IMG/VR virus record: IMGVR_UViG_3300030012_002336
Location: 9,950 to 73,949 of that record
Direction: 5' to 3' (one strand)
From: a virus
Lineage: Duplodnaviria; Caudoviricetes
DNA: 64,000 bases
Made by a program: the position numbers and the translations under genes. Shown one piece after another: positions 25,982 to 37,700 of the stretch. Below the pieces are notes generated by a model, which was not told where the DNA came from, made no database searches, and was given only the letters and a program-made list of their open reading frames with translations. The number at the start of each line of letters is the position of its first letter. Positions within the stretch are counted from its first letter, which is position 1.

Positions 25982-28900
25982 CTATTTGTTACCTGTATAT
26001 ACATCTGTTTCATCATCAAAGTTTCTCCATCTTTGAATTGAATATGCCCAAGGAGTTATATCACCTATTTCTTTAATATACTTAGGCAAACCTCTTTTAT
26101 TACCTCTTTGATAGAAGAATCTTTTATCTCTTTTAAGTTTTCTAAGAAGATTATCATCAAAATATTTTGCATATTGTATGTATGGTATATGGTGCAAGGT
26201 TGTTGCCACATCCACCATTTCTCCTATAACTCTAGTAATTGGAAGTGGATCCGTAGTTTTCATAGTTATCAAGTCAGGTAAATTAAAAGGTGTAAAGAAT
26301 AATACTTCTTTTGCTAACTTTCTTAATGAGTATCTTGCAAAATAACGGAATCTTCTTAAAAAAGTTCCTTTGTCATGCGGGTTATCACCTCCAAATAAGA
26401 AAGCGGCTAAAGCTAAAGATGTTGCTATTACAAGATAATCATATAAAACCTTATATGCATTTCTCCTTCTAACCAAAGATATATTAGGATTTTGTGCATC
26501 AAAAGTTGCCTTAGCAGTTCCTTTATATATTTGTGCTACAAAGTTACCAAGAGCTCTTTGTCTACCTTCTACCCAACCTAAGTTTTCATCAAAATACAAT
26601 GGAGAATACGCTGCTCTACCTAAAGGAGCAACCCACTTACCAAACTGCATTGCAAGCTCACCAAGGAAACTTGCCTGTAATTGTGTTTTATCATCATAAG
26701 CATAGTTACCATGTGCTTGTATATTAAGCTCTCTTATATCATTTCTTATTTTTGCATAGAATTTTTCAAGCTGTTGTTTTGTCTCAACAGGAGTTGCAAT
26801 TCTTTGATCACCATTTTCAGTAACACTAAGAGTTCTATTTTTAGTATCCATATAGTGTGTAAATCTACCACCTTCAGCAGCAATATCTAACTTATATTCA
26901 CCTGTTGTTGAGTCAAAAATACCAATGTTTAATAAAGACTTTTCTTCTAATACTTTACCATCTTTATCTCTAACTTGCATCTTAATAGTATCTAAATAAG
27001 CTCTACCTAATATTGTTTGAACCTTATATTCTACACCATTATTCAAAGCAAAAGCTATATTTGCAGCACTTTCAAAAACACCTGCTTGTTGTGCTCTTTG
27101 TCTCCCAATCTCTGCAACTTCTGCATAACTATCCATCATTCTCCAATAATCAACTGATGCCCAGTATTCATTAGGAGCTTTTATTTTGTCAAATCTACCT
27201 GCACCAGTAAGCCATGCATATGAACTTCTATGCCCCAGTTTAGCAAATAAACTAGGAAGTGCAGTGTCATAATAAGCTTTTGTTGCTCTAACAACAGACC
27301 CTCTAGTTACCCAATTTTGCCCTACAGCTTCTCTCCATGTTGCATTTGTACCTTGAATCTCGTTACCAATGTTGGCAAGAGGGCTTGACCCAACATACAA
27401 GAATGATGTAAAAAATTTAAAGCCATTTAATATCTTAGGCATATTAGCTTCTTGTCTACCCTTTCCTATATTTCTATAGAATGTATTTTTCATCCACGTT
27501 CTATATCTTTCTGGAAGTTTTGATTCTGATGCTGGTTTAGTTGCTAAACCTTCTGTGCTTGCTCCTCCTGGTTCAAGTGGATCATACAAACGGTTAGTTC
27601 CAACACCAGGAACAATACCTGCTACAGCATCTGTATAACCTTTATTACCTATTAAACCTCCTGGTTGATATTTTGCTGCATCAATTATATCTTGTACTCC
27701 GTTTAAAAAACCTTTTATTTGACTCATGTTATCATAATGATTAGCCATAGTCATAAAATCTATTAAATTACTAGCAGCATTTAAGCTCATTTCATTTTTT
27801 GTAGGTGCATCTTCTAATAACATTATCCTTTGATCTATTTTTTCAATCTCTTCTTTATATTCTTGAGATGTTATTTCATCATTATTTCTTTTAACTATAA
27901 GTTCTTCTTTTAACTCATATAGTTTTTCAATAGCATTATCATCTTTTGCATTTCCAACATACATGATTGGAGGAAGTTCTATATGCACACCAGCAATTTT
28001 ATCAAAAGCAGAGCTTGCAGCCATAGTAGGTTTTAATGGATTTAATCTTGATTTAGCAAATTTCTTTCTTGTATCTTTCTTTGTAAAATTCCACCCACCC
28101 ATTTTTTCATACATCCTTGTAAAAAAAGATCCCTCATTGCTTAAATTATTAAAAAACTTATTAAATATTAAAGGACTTTTGCCATTAAATGATTGTTTAG
28201 CAGAAGCAGGAAGCATGTTTAAATACTCTTCCATCAAATTTGTATACATTAAATAGAATTCTTTTTTAGCTACACCTAGCTGATCATTTGGATCAACTTC
28301 CATTATAGCTTTATACTTTGGATTTACAAGATTATCCCCATTTTGTGATACATCTCTAGGAATCCTAGTTAACTCTCCATCTACAACTTTTCTATCAAAA
28401 TCTTTTGGGGGTAAAATTTCTACAACACCTGTTGGTCCACCACCTAGAAAGTCATATTCCATTTTTTGATAATCTTTATCAGGTTTATCTTTCCATTTGT
28501 TTCTCCACTTTTGATACTTATATCTACTAACATCAGATTTCTTTTGCCATTTACCACTAATAGTATTAAAATATGCAACTTCTGCTCTAGCTTTTTTATA
28601 AGCATCAGTATGTTTATGATAGTCACCATCTCTATATGTATATACACCATCAACTTTTTCTACAGTTTCTGGAGCATAAAATTTTGCAGCTCTTACTTTA
28701 GCTTTATGAACTTTAATATTATGAGCTTTATCCTTATCTGTTAAAAGACTTGCATCTTTAATTATATATTCTAACGGTTCCCCTAAAGCATCTCTAGTAT
28801 CTTTTGTTTCTCTGTCCCATATAGCTTGATAATTTTTCCAATCTGTTTTTTGTACAATATTACCAGTAAAGTCTCCATTCTCTTTAAACTCATACATGTA

Positions 28901-31759
28901 ATGAAAGAAATCTTTTGCAAATCTTTTTTGACCTAATATATTTGTTGAAGGTTGCAACCTTTCTAACTTCTGAATAACCGGTAAAACTTCATTCTCAATC
29001 CTTTTTTCAACCGTATTCATCCCATTTATCTTGGTTGATTTAAATAATTGATCAGCTAATGCTAATAAAGGATTATCTGATCCTGCAACTGTACCAAGAT
29101 AATAATCACTGCTTGTTTGATCTTGTATAAAATTTAAAAGATCATCTAATGCTGCTTCATCAAACCTATCAGACTCTCTATTATAGAATGGATTATTAGT
29201 ATTGTTCATTATATAGAGTTTGATTGCAGACTTTTTACCTTCAAGCAACAGAGATTTTTTATTCTTTCCAGTACCCATCAACTTATTAAGTTGTCTTTTT
29301 ACTTTATCTCTTAGCTTATTCTCTGAATCAGAAAATTTTATATCATTAGGCTCTATACCAAGTTCTTCAAGACTAGCTGAAGCATCTGCTAAGCTGCTAA
29401 ATGAATCAATAAAGTTCCCAAAAAAGTCAAGTGCACTTAAATAATCTTTATAGTTTGCCATTTTTTTAGGATCATTTATATAATTCGCCATCTTATCAAT
29501 TTCTTTTGATGCATTTGTTAACATCTTTTCATAGGTAAGATCAAAAGCTCCTGCTTCTAAACCGTGTGAAATAAGACTATTATTTATATCAATAAACTTA
29601 AGTGTCTTTGCAGCAACAGAGCCATCATCATTTAAAACTTTTTGTGAATTGATTGCACGTGTAGCTTTTTGTAAATTTATAAATTCAACTCTATAATCTT
29701 CTAATACTTTTGCACGTAACTTATTTGTAGCTATTCCTTCAAAAACCTCACGGTTGCTAAGATCTTTAGCTGCAGCTTCATAAGCATTTGATTCTATTTC
29801 TTCATCTGATAATTTAGATAATTCTTCTGATAAATTTTCTGATGCATCTTCTACACTTCTATCTCGTGTAAGAGGATTTACAATAAGATCTGCATAATCT
29901 GCATAGTCGGCTATATTATAAGGAGCAGGCATATCTACATTTACAACTTTACTATCATCATAATTAATGTTAATTGTTTTGGATTTTTCATTAACAATAT
30001 ATCCTAAGTTTTGTAATATTCTTGATTGAACATTATTTCTTATAGCATTTAACATTATTCTTGTAATTCCTTCAGGAAATAATTTAGCTAATGCACTATT
30101 TTTTTCTAGACTTAATAGTGTTGTGCTATCTTGTGGTCGGTTATAGGTAATATTTATTGGGGTTACAGTACCGTTTTCTTCAATAGCTAAAATACTTATT
30201 GTACTAGCAACATTAGTTTTAGGATCTGCAATAACTACTGATGGTAACAAAACAGCACCTATTTCTTGTAATCCTTCTACTCTAGCTTCTAAAGCGGTAT
30301 ATAATTTTTGTATATCTTCTTTATTAAGAGTTTTGAGTTTAAATTGTTCAACCCCTTCTACACCTTTTTTAAGAATAACGGATTCAAGTATTACATTTAT
30401 ATCATCTATTCTAAAATCTCTTGCTTTAATACCAGCATCTATAACAGCTCCTAGTTTATCTATAATAGATGGATATTTTTCTTGTACTTTATCTATGTTA
30501 TAATATTTTCCATCTTGATAATCACGTATTATTATAGGATTTGATAATTCTTTTAGGTAGTCACTAGCTGTAAAACTTTCCACCTGTCTTTTACTTTCTC
30601 TACTTGCATATGTAAGTCTATCAACTATATCTTTTTGTTTATCAGTTGCTTCTTCATTTATTTGAGTTATTAATGCAGATCTATTATCAGACAATGCAAA
30701 CTGAACTGCTGTATTTTTAATTACCTCATCATTTAAATTAAACTTTAAATCTTTTGTATTTAATAACTTAGTTATATCTGATATAGTACTTGTAGACTTG
30801 ATATCTGCTACAGAAAGATTAGCTCCAGATATATATTTAAATAAATTTTTTACAACATTGCCAATAAACTTTAGCAAGTCCATTACTCTTTGCTTCCAAG
30901 TGTTTGTGGGCTCTTGTTCAAACTGCTTATTAAAGTTATTACTTAATGCTTTAGTTAAGAACTCTCTTTCCAAGTTTTCTTGAGTGTAGTTTTGATATAT
31001 CTCTTGTGTTTCTTCTAGTAGCTGCGGATATATATTTTTAGCCTCAGATAATAAATTTTTATATAAAGCATTATTCTCTGTCTCCACCGTGTTTACAAAC
31101 GGATGTAGTATTTCTTCAGCAACTGTCTCCGGGCTTACACTACCTTTTACAATCTTAACTGTATTATCAACATAGTAAGCTTTAACATTAAAGAATGATG
31201 ATCCATAACTTAATTCTTTTTGTTCTTCACTAAGATTATCATAATATGCTCGTGCCTCTTGTCTGCTAACTACATCTATATCAAGCTGAGGAAACATTTT
31301 TAACATATGATCTATAACATCTAGTGAGTGAGCATCATTATCTCTAGATAGAATCATATTAGATTTATTAAACTTAGAAGCATCTATTTCTAAAACTAAA
31401 CCATCTCCCATAAACTTTACACTATAACTTGAAGGCGGAACACTCCAAACTTTCATAAGTCTATATATCTTTTGAGTGTTTTTAGTTTGATCTGGTTTAA
31501 CCATATACATATCACCAACTCTTGTTACTAAATTTCTATTTGAAAAATTATTTAGTAATATATTTTTATATGAGTTTTGATCAACAGACATAGCCTCTTC
31601 CTTTTGTCTCAAGAATGTATTTACATCTTGCAAAGAAGGCAGGGCCTCTGTGTTATTACTTTCTTGCCACTTAGTCATAATGCTATCTACAACTATAGGG
31701 TTCTTATACTTAGCATTTATAGCTTTCCATTGGGCTGTATTTCTATTAAAACATGTCAT
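25982..31759 (-). CDS. Giant virion/ejection protein (crAss-like RNAP-adjacent cargo)
   Basis: 1925 aa, directly downstream of the vRNAP gene; degenerate zincin EEILH; HGNY...MQFGKW region and hydrophobic C-terminal segment. Confidence 0.65.
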   Translation of the reverse strand: MTCFNRNTAQWKAINAKYKNPIVVDSIMTKWQESNNTEALPSLQDVNTFLRQKEEAMSVDQNSYKNILLNNFSNRNLVTRVGDMYMVKPDQTKNTQKIYRLMKVWSVPPSSYSVKFMGDGLVLEIDASKFNKSNMILSRDNDAHSLDVIDHMLKMFPQLDIDVVSRQEARAYYDNLSEEQKELSYGSSFFNVKAYYVDNTVKIVKGSVSPETVAEEILHPFVNTVETENNALYKNLLSEAKNIYPQLLEETQEIYQNYTQENLEREFLTKALSNNFNKQFEQEPTNTWKQRVMDLLKFIGNVVKNLFKYISGANLSVADIKSTSTISDITKLLNTKDLKFNLNDEVIKNTAVQFALSDNRSALITQINEEATDKQKDIVDRLTYASRESKRQVESFTASDYLKELSNPIIIRDYQDGKYYNIDKVQEKYPSIIDKLGAVIDAGIKARDFRIDDINVILESVILKKGVEGVEQFKLKTLNKEDIQKLYTALEARVEGLQEIGAVLLPSVVIADPKTNVASTISILAIEENGTVTPINITYNRPQDSTTLLSLEKNSALAKLFPEGITRIMLNAIRNNVQSRILQNLGYIVNEKSKTININYDDSKVVNVDMPAPYNIADYADYADLIVNPLTRDRSVEDASENLSEELSKLSDEEIESNAYEAAAKDLSNREVFEGIATNKLRAKVLEDYRVEFINLQKATRAINSQKVLNDDGSVAAKTLKFIDINNSLISHGLEAGAFDLTYEKMLTNASKEIDKMANYINDPKKMANYKDYLSALDFFGNFIDSFSSLADASASLEELGIEPNDIKFSDSENKLRDKVKRQLNKLMGTGKNKKSLLLEGKKSAIKLYIMNNTNNPFYNRESDRFDEAALDDLLNFIQDQTSSDYYLGTVAGSDNPLLALADQLFKSTKINGMNTVEKRIENEVLPVIQKLERLQPSTNILGQKRFAKDFFHYMYEFKENGDFTGNIVQKTDWKNYQAIWDRETKDTRDALGEPLEYIIKDASLLTDKDKAHNIKVHKAKVRAAKFYAPETVEKVDGVYTYRDGDYHKHTDAYKKARAEVAYFNTISGKWQKKSDVSRYKYQKWRNKWKDKPDKDYQKMEYDFLGGGPTGVVEILPPKDFDRKVVDGELTRIPRDVSQNGDNLVNPKYKAIMEVDPNDQLGVAKKEFYLMYTNLMEEYLNMLPASAKQSFNGKSPLIFNKFFNNLSNEGSFFTRMYEKMGGWNFTKKDTRKKFAKSRLNPLKPTMAASSAFDKIAGVHIELPPIMYVGNAKDDNAIEKLYELKEELIVKRNNDEITSQEYKEEIEKIDQRIMLLEDAPTKNEMSLNAASNLIDFMTMANHYDNMSQIKGFLNGVQDIIDAAKYQPGGLIGNKGYTDAVAGIVPGVGTNRLYDPLEPGGASTEGLATKPASESKLPERYRTWMKNTFYRNIGKGRQEANMPKILNGFKFFTSFLYVGSSPLANIGNEIQGTNATWREAVGQNWVTRGSVVRATKAYYDTALPSLFAKLGHRSSYAWLTGAGRFDKIKAPNEYWASVDYWRMMDSYAEVAEIGRQRAQQAGVFESAANIAFALNNGVEYKVQTILGRAYLDTIKMQVRDKDGKVLEEKSLLNIGIFDSTTGEYKLDIAAEGGRFTHYMDTKNRTLSVTENGDQRIATPVETKQQLEKFYAKIRNDIRELNIQAHGNYAYDDKTQLQASFLGELAMQFGKWVAPLGRAAYSPLYFDENLGWVEGRQRALGNFVAQIYKGTAKATFDAQNPNISLVRRRNAYKVLYDYLVIATSLALAAFLFGGDNPHDKGTFLRRFRYFARYSLRKLAKEVLFFTPFNLPDLITMKTTDPLPITRVIGEMVDVATTLHHIPYIQYAKYFDDNLLRKLKRDKRFFYQRGNKRGLPKYIKEIGDITPWAYSIQRWRNFDDETDVYTGNK

Positions 31760-31761
31760 AT

Positions 31762-34700
31762 CTATTTACCTTTACATTTTTTAATATCCTCCATAAATTC
31801 CTCTTTTGTATCATATAGTTGTTTAGGATCTTGATACAAAGCTATCAAATCTTCTGCACTTCTCACACCTAAACCACCTAAATTTTCTGCTACAGCAATG
31901 TTTTGTTTTTCTGACTCTGTAAGTTTATCATACTCTTCAGTCAAAAACTTAACATCCTCATTTTGTTCACCGGGTATTTCAAGAGCATCTTCTTTTAATC
32001 CTGTTAAATCTATTTCTAACTCTTCTTGTGCTTCTTCTAATTCCTCTGCAGTAAAGTCAAAATCTTTAAATATATCAAGCTGCCCTTGTTCTTCAGTTGT
32101 TTTTACTTCTTTTGGTTTAACATCTGCTCCTCTCTCATTTTTAAAGCCTTGCTCAGTAGCACTTATAGCATCACCTAATTGCCCTAACTGATTAGTATCT
32201 TCTTCAGCTAGTCCTTCTACTAAGCTAGTAGGATCAGTTTCCATAAACTCTTGCATAGGTATGTCATTCTCTAATCTGTCTTTTCTATTTTCCATCAATA
32301 AGCTAAACGCAGGTCTTTTACTTGTAAATACATCACCTATATCTGTTGCACTATCTACACCTAAAGATTCAGTTTCAGTATATATAGCATTAACACCTAA
32401 TATTTCACTTACTCTACCATCTGTTTCTGATTTTAAATTATACATTAAAGTTTGTTGATCAGCACCTCTATCTAAAATCTTTGGTACAGTAACACTTGTT
32501 AACACTTCTGTAATAAATGTTGTCTCTTTTCCTGACCCTGTTTTAATTTTTCTAACAAGTGGGAATTTAATTAAGTCATAATCTTTATTATTAATTGTAA
32601 GATTAACAACCTCAAAACCCTTTCCTTTTAATTGTTTTTTATTTAAACTCAATCTCTTTTTAAAAGCCTCAACACTAAGTTGTTTACCATATTGTTTTTT
32701 CTTTTGAGCTTCATACTTTCTTATAAGTCTACCTTTGAGTTTTCTATCTTGAGCAGGGCCAAGTTTTGCAAATAAGTTTACATAAGTTTCACCTAGACCT
32801 GAATCAAATTGAACTGCTCCACCTTGAACTGCTGCAGGTTGTTTTTCTGCAACTTCTTCTGTAGTTTTCTTTACAAGAGTTAAATAACCTTTTAGTCTTG
32901 AATCTGTATTAGACATTGCATCATAATACTCTTTAGTATATCCTGTTAAAATAGAAAATTTTGATGAAAAGTTTTTTACTCTTTTTTGTTTCTTAGTTAA
33001 TCTTATTATATCAGTAATTTCATATGGAGTACCCTCTGTACCTATTCGTATAATATGACCCTTCTTTGCATTAGCATATAGTTTATTCTCTGTAGATATT
33101 GCTTTTATCTGACCAGAAGCTAATCCCTCTTCTAATGATATGTCTTTTTTATATCTACTATCTTCAGCAGCTATATTATAGTTTAAACTTGACTCATCTT
33201 TAAATTCTTTCAATGCTAGTCTTGCATTACCTGCCCTACTAACTTTTAAATTAAAACTATTTTTATGTGATAGCAATATACTTTTTACAACTTGATTAGT
33301 TATTTCATTTAACGTTGCTCCAAAAACTTCTCTATACCTTGTATCATCTAATGTTTCTGATTTTAAAAGACTGTGTGCGGGGCTTACAGCACTAATAATA
33401 TCCTTCAACATTACAGGAGGCATAACATTTATAAAAGAATCTCTTGCAAAAGTAAAGCCATCTTTAACTAATAAATAGTTTAATAGATGGTTCATGTCTT
33501 GATAATTTTGTTCATCTTTTGTATAGATGTTTGCTATATCACGTCCTATCTCTACCATCATTGCATCTGGAACTGTCTTCCAAGTATTTGCAACAATCCT
33601 ATCAATCATTTGCTTATTATTAGGATTATCATATGTAATAGGTTTTAAGAAGTCATATAAGAAGTAACTATCAGGATTATTTTTCATAAGCCTTCTCATT
33701 ACATCCATAATAATTAATGGTGTATTCTCACTTGCTTCAGGATATATAATACCATTATCTAGTGTTACTAACCTTTTTCCATCACCTCTAGTTTTTAGTC
33801 TATGTATAAAAGACTTTGCTGTTAAATATGATATTATACTTTTCTTTATTTCACCTCTACTCTCAACAGATCTTGCAGCACCTTTATAGTGAGAAAGAAC
33901 TATATCAGTTATTTGTTCAAAAGGTTTTGTTTTAGAAATAAACACAGAAGGAGTAACTTTATTAATCATACTTGCCATTCTATATAATGTTGTCAAATAT
34001 GGTTGTGTTTTAACTCCACCAATATTATTTATCTGACCAAAGAACTTTCTAAAGTCTACAGGTACACTACTGTTTTTAAAATCACTATCTGATTTATTTA
34101 TATCTAAGTCATCTAAAGATTTTAAAGATCTTTCTAAGTCTAAAGTTGATGATCCTATACCATCTATAAAGTTTGGTAGAGCAATAAACTTATTTGTTGC
34201 TAGTTTAATTCTTTCTAAAGTTAAAAATTGTTGTAAAACTTTAAGCTCTGCCTCTTCTAATTTTTCATATGCTTCTGAGCCAACCTCAACTTCACCTGTA
34301 AATGTTTTACTTAAAGTTTTTACACCTCCAACATACTCCCATGCATTTAATTGCTCTGTTAAAACTTCTGTTGACATACGTAAAGTAGCAGCATTTTCTA
34401 GAAGGAATGGTTTATCAGTTGTCATTGCTTCTATCTTTTTTTCTATAATTTTAGAAATATTAGCGGGTTCATTATTTCTAATTTTACTACTATACATTCT
34501 ATATACATCTTTGATTGTAGGATGATTAACCATCATTACAGGAATTCTAATTGGCATACCAAGTGCTACACCATTTGCTACTGTAGATAGTGCTTGTTTA
34601 TTAAGACCTAAGAAATATGCTATATTATATTTAGCATTGTCTGTCATCCCTGTAATCTCTGCAGATCCCATAAACGCTCTTCTTATAAGTTCATTTTGAT

Positions 34701-37700
34701 TTTTTGGATCTAAAATATAAGGATTTGTAAATTCATTATAGTCCTGACCATCTATAACTAGTTTACCAAACTGTGATCCATCTCTTAAATCTAAACCATA
34801 TTCTGAAAATATATGAAAGTTCAAGTTTTGTGGAACTATAGAACCAATGTTCTTTGCACCATCATGAAAACTATCATATATTCTTAGTATATCATTTAAG
34901 AAATCTGTATCAGTTGAAGAATCAAAAATTCTTTTTCTATTAGCAAAAGACTTAACTTGACTTTCTAAGTTGGTAAGTAAATCAGTTAATGGATCTATAG
35001 AAGTAGGCTCATTAGCAACACCAACACTACTATATTCAGAAGGTGCTTCCATTCTTGGATTAGACTGCAATGCTATTTTAGTATCTAAAAGTATATTATT
35101 ATTTGCTGCCTCATAAGGCTCTATTTTAAATTTATTTTTATAATCAATATACTCTTCTTTTGACTTTGGCTTATTTAACTGATGCAGTGCTCCTAAAATT
35201 TCTTCTTGACTTATATCTACTTTTATATATTTAGGACCAAACTCATCTTCTTTTTTATTATATGTAAAGTCTTCTGCTTTTGCAAATCTTAATTTTGATT
35301 CTTTTGCAATCCATCCTGGTGCTGTTTGATCTTCATTTTCTCTAAGCCACTCAGTCCACATAACTTCCACCTCATCCTCTTCATATAAAAGTTTGAATTC
35401 TTCTTCAAGTGCTCCTGGATTTTTTCTTTTATACTTTCTAAGAGCAAGATTATATATAGATCCTGATCTTTGCACCTCTCTTTCTACAAAGTTTAAGTAC
35501 TCTTCATATAATGTGTCCTCTGATTTATTATTTACACCCTTAGTTGATCTATTAGGATCTACTGGCACACCATCACCATACTCAATAATTTTGCCACCTT
35601 TTATATATACATCTTTTTCATGATTATATACTTGATCAATATCAAGGTCACGCCCAGAACGTTTCATATAAGATTGAGAAATCATACCTGATGATGCCAT
35701 CCACGCTGGTAAAAAGTCTACTATCTTACCATAAGCAGCAGAGTGAGCATCCTGTGCAGGTACAGTAGCAGTATATAAATCACCTACTTCATCTGGTATA
35801 ACTTCATCATCTTTTATTTGACTCATGTAAGATCTTTGAGGTGCAACAATCATTTCATGATATCTTAAATCACTCTTTGATCCATCTTTATTTAACTTAA
35901 CCACACTACCTCTTAAACCATCTATAAATAAATCTCCTACTTCTAATGGCTTATCTAAAACTTGATCTAGATATTCTTTTGTAATGTTATCTTCTCTTTT
36001 TAAGTTCAAAGGCTGACCTGTTCTTGTTAATGTTAAAGCTTCTCTTTGATCTGATGGTTTTAATTCATAACCTCTAACAACCTCCCAAGCTACAGGTATA
36101 CCATCTTCTATAAGTTTTACTCTCTTAACTCTAGCTCCTAATGCATTTGTAATTAATGTTGTATTAAAGCCAGGAACTCTTTCATTAAATGTGCTATTAA
36201 AGAATGTTAAAAATAATTGTTCAAACTTTGTTGAAGTTAAACTATTATTAAGATCAGGTGAGTTTTTAAATAACTCTACCATTTGATTATTTGCTTGAGA
36301 TGCTTCTAAAGATGATATTGCATAGTCTTTAAAAGTTTGTAAGTCTGGTGTCATTTTACCCAGATCTCTAGCTTCTTCAAGTGCTACAATAGCTTCATCT
36401 AAGGTAAATATTAAATTCATTTTAGATAGTAAAGAAGACTTAGCTTTTTCTCCCTCTACCTTATTATATATACCTCTTAGTTTTCCTAAAGTCATTGACT
36501 CACCAAATACATTTATATCTGCACTATTATCTTGTTCAGATGAAACTATAATTTTCATTTGTTTAAGATTGCTAATTGTATTTTTTCCGGCAACTTGCTT
36601 TTGTTGTTGATACATAAAGTTTGCATCAAGATATGTAATTGAGTTAGTTAAATCTTTAGGGCTTAATGTTTCACTTAGTGTAGAAATATCTTCAAAGCTT
36701 AATACTTTACTCTTTTCTGCTTTAGATGCAGAAGCAGGAGTAGCTAAAGCAACAACTTCTTGATTAGCTTCTATTGCTTTTAAGTTTTCATGAATAGCAA
36801 AAAACTCTGGATTTGTTATAGATGGTGTTGTAAAATTTGTAGAAGGGTCTCCAACTATCTGATCTGATAAAAACATAATAGACATTTTATCATAAATCTT
36901 ACCATCACCATAAGCAAACTTTTCACTTTGAACTTGACCACCTAAAGAAAGTAATCCATTCACCCCTTCAGATCCTAAAATTTCACTAACGTTAATAATT
37001 TCTCCTTGCTCAATTCTGTTTATTAATTCTAGTTTAGCTTTAGAAGTACCAACCCCATAGTTTAAATACTTTGCACCTTTCATTGTTGCAAATATCAAAC
37101 CATCAGTTTCTTCCATACCTTTAAATTTTCTATCTTCAAAAATAACTTGAGCAATAGAATTTTTACCCATAGTATGAGTAATACCAAACTCAGGTGCTAT
37201 AGTTTCAAAAGCTACATCTCTACCAGTTATTGCAAACTGTTTGTTTCTTTTGTTCTCAACTGTTGCATCTGCTAAACTTTTATTTGTATTACCAAGTAAA
37301 GCTTTATTTATTGTAGACGCATTTAAATAAGCATTAAAAAATATTTGTCTTAGATTATGTAGTTGTTGACCTGCAACTAAATTTAAATCTTGAATGACAG
37401 TACCTGCTACAGGCTCACCTGCTGATGTATTTAAATTACCAGAGATATTAGTAGTTACTAGCTTTAAAATATCCTCATTTACTATCATATCATTAAACAT
37501 AGTAAACTTATTCTCAAGTGTTTCCCTCACCTGATATTTTAATTGATCTAATGACGTGGCAGGAACATCTTGGATAAATGTTGTTTCTTTAAGTGCCTCA
37601 TTAAAAGTATATAGTTCATTTGTTTTTGGATTTTTTGTTACAAGTAAATCCTCAACTCCTGTTATAATAGAATCATCTTCTATAAATTCATCAGTAGATT

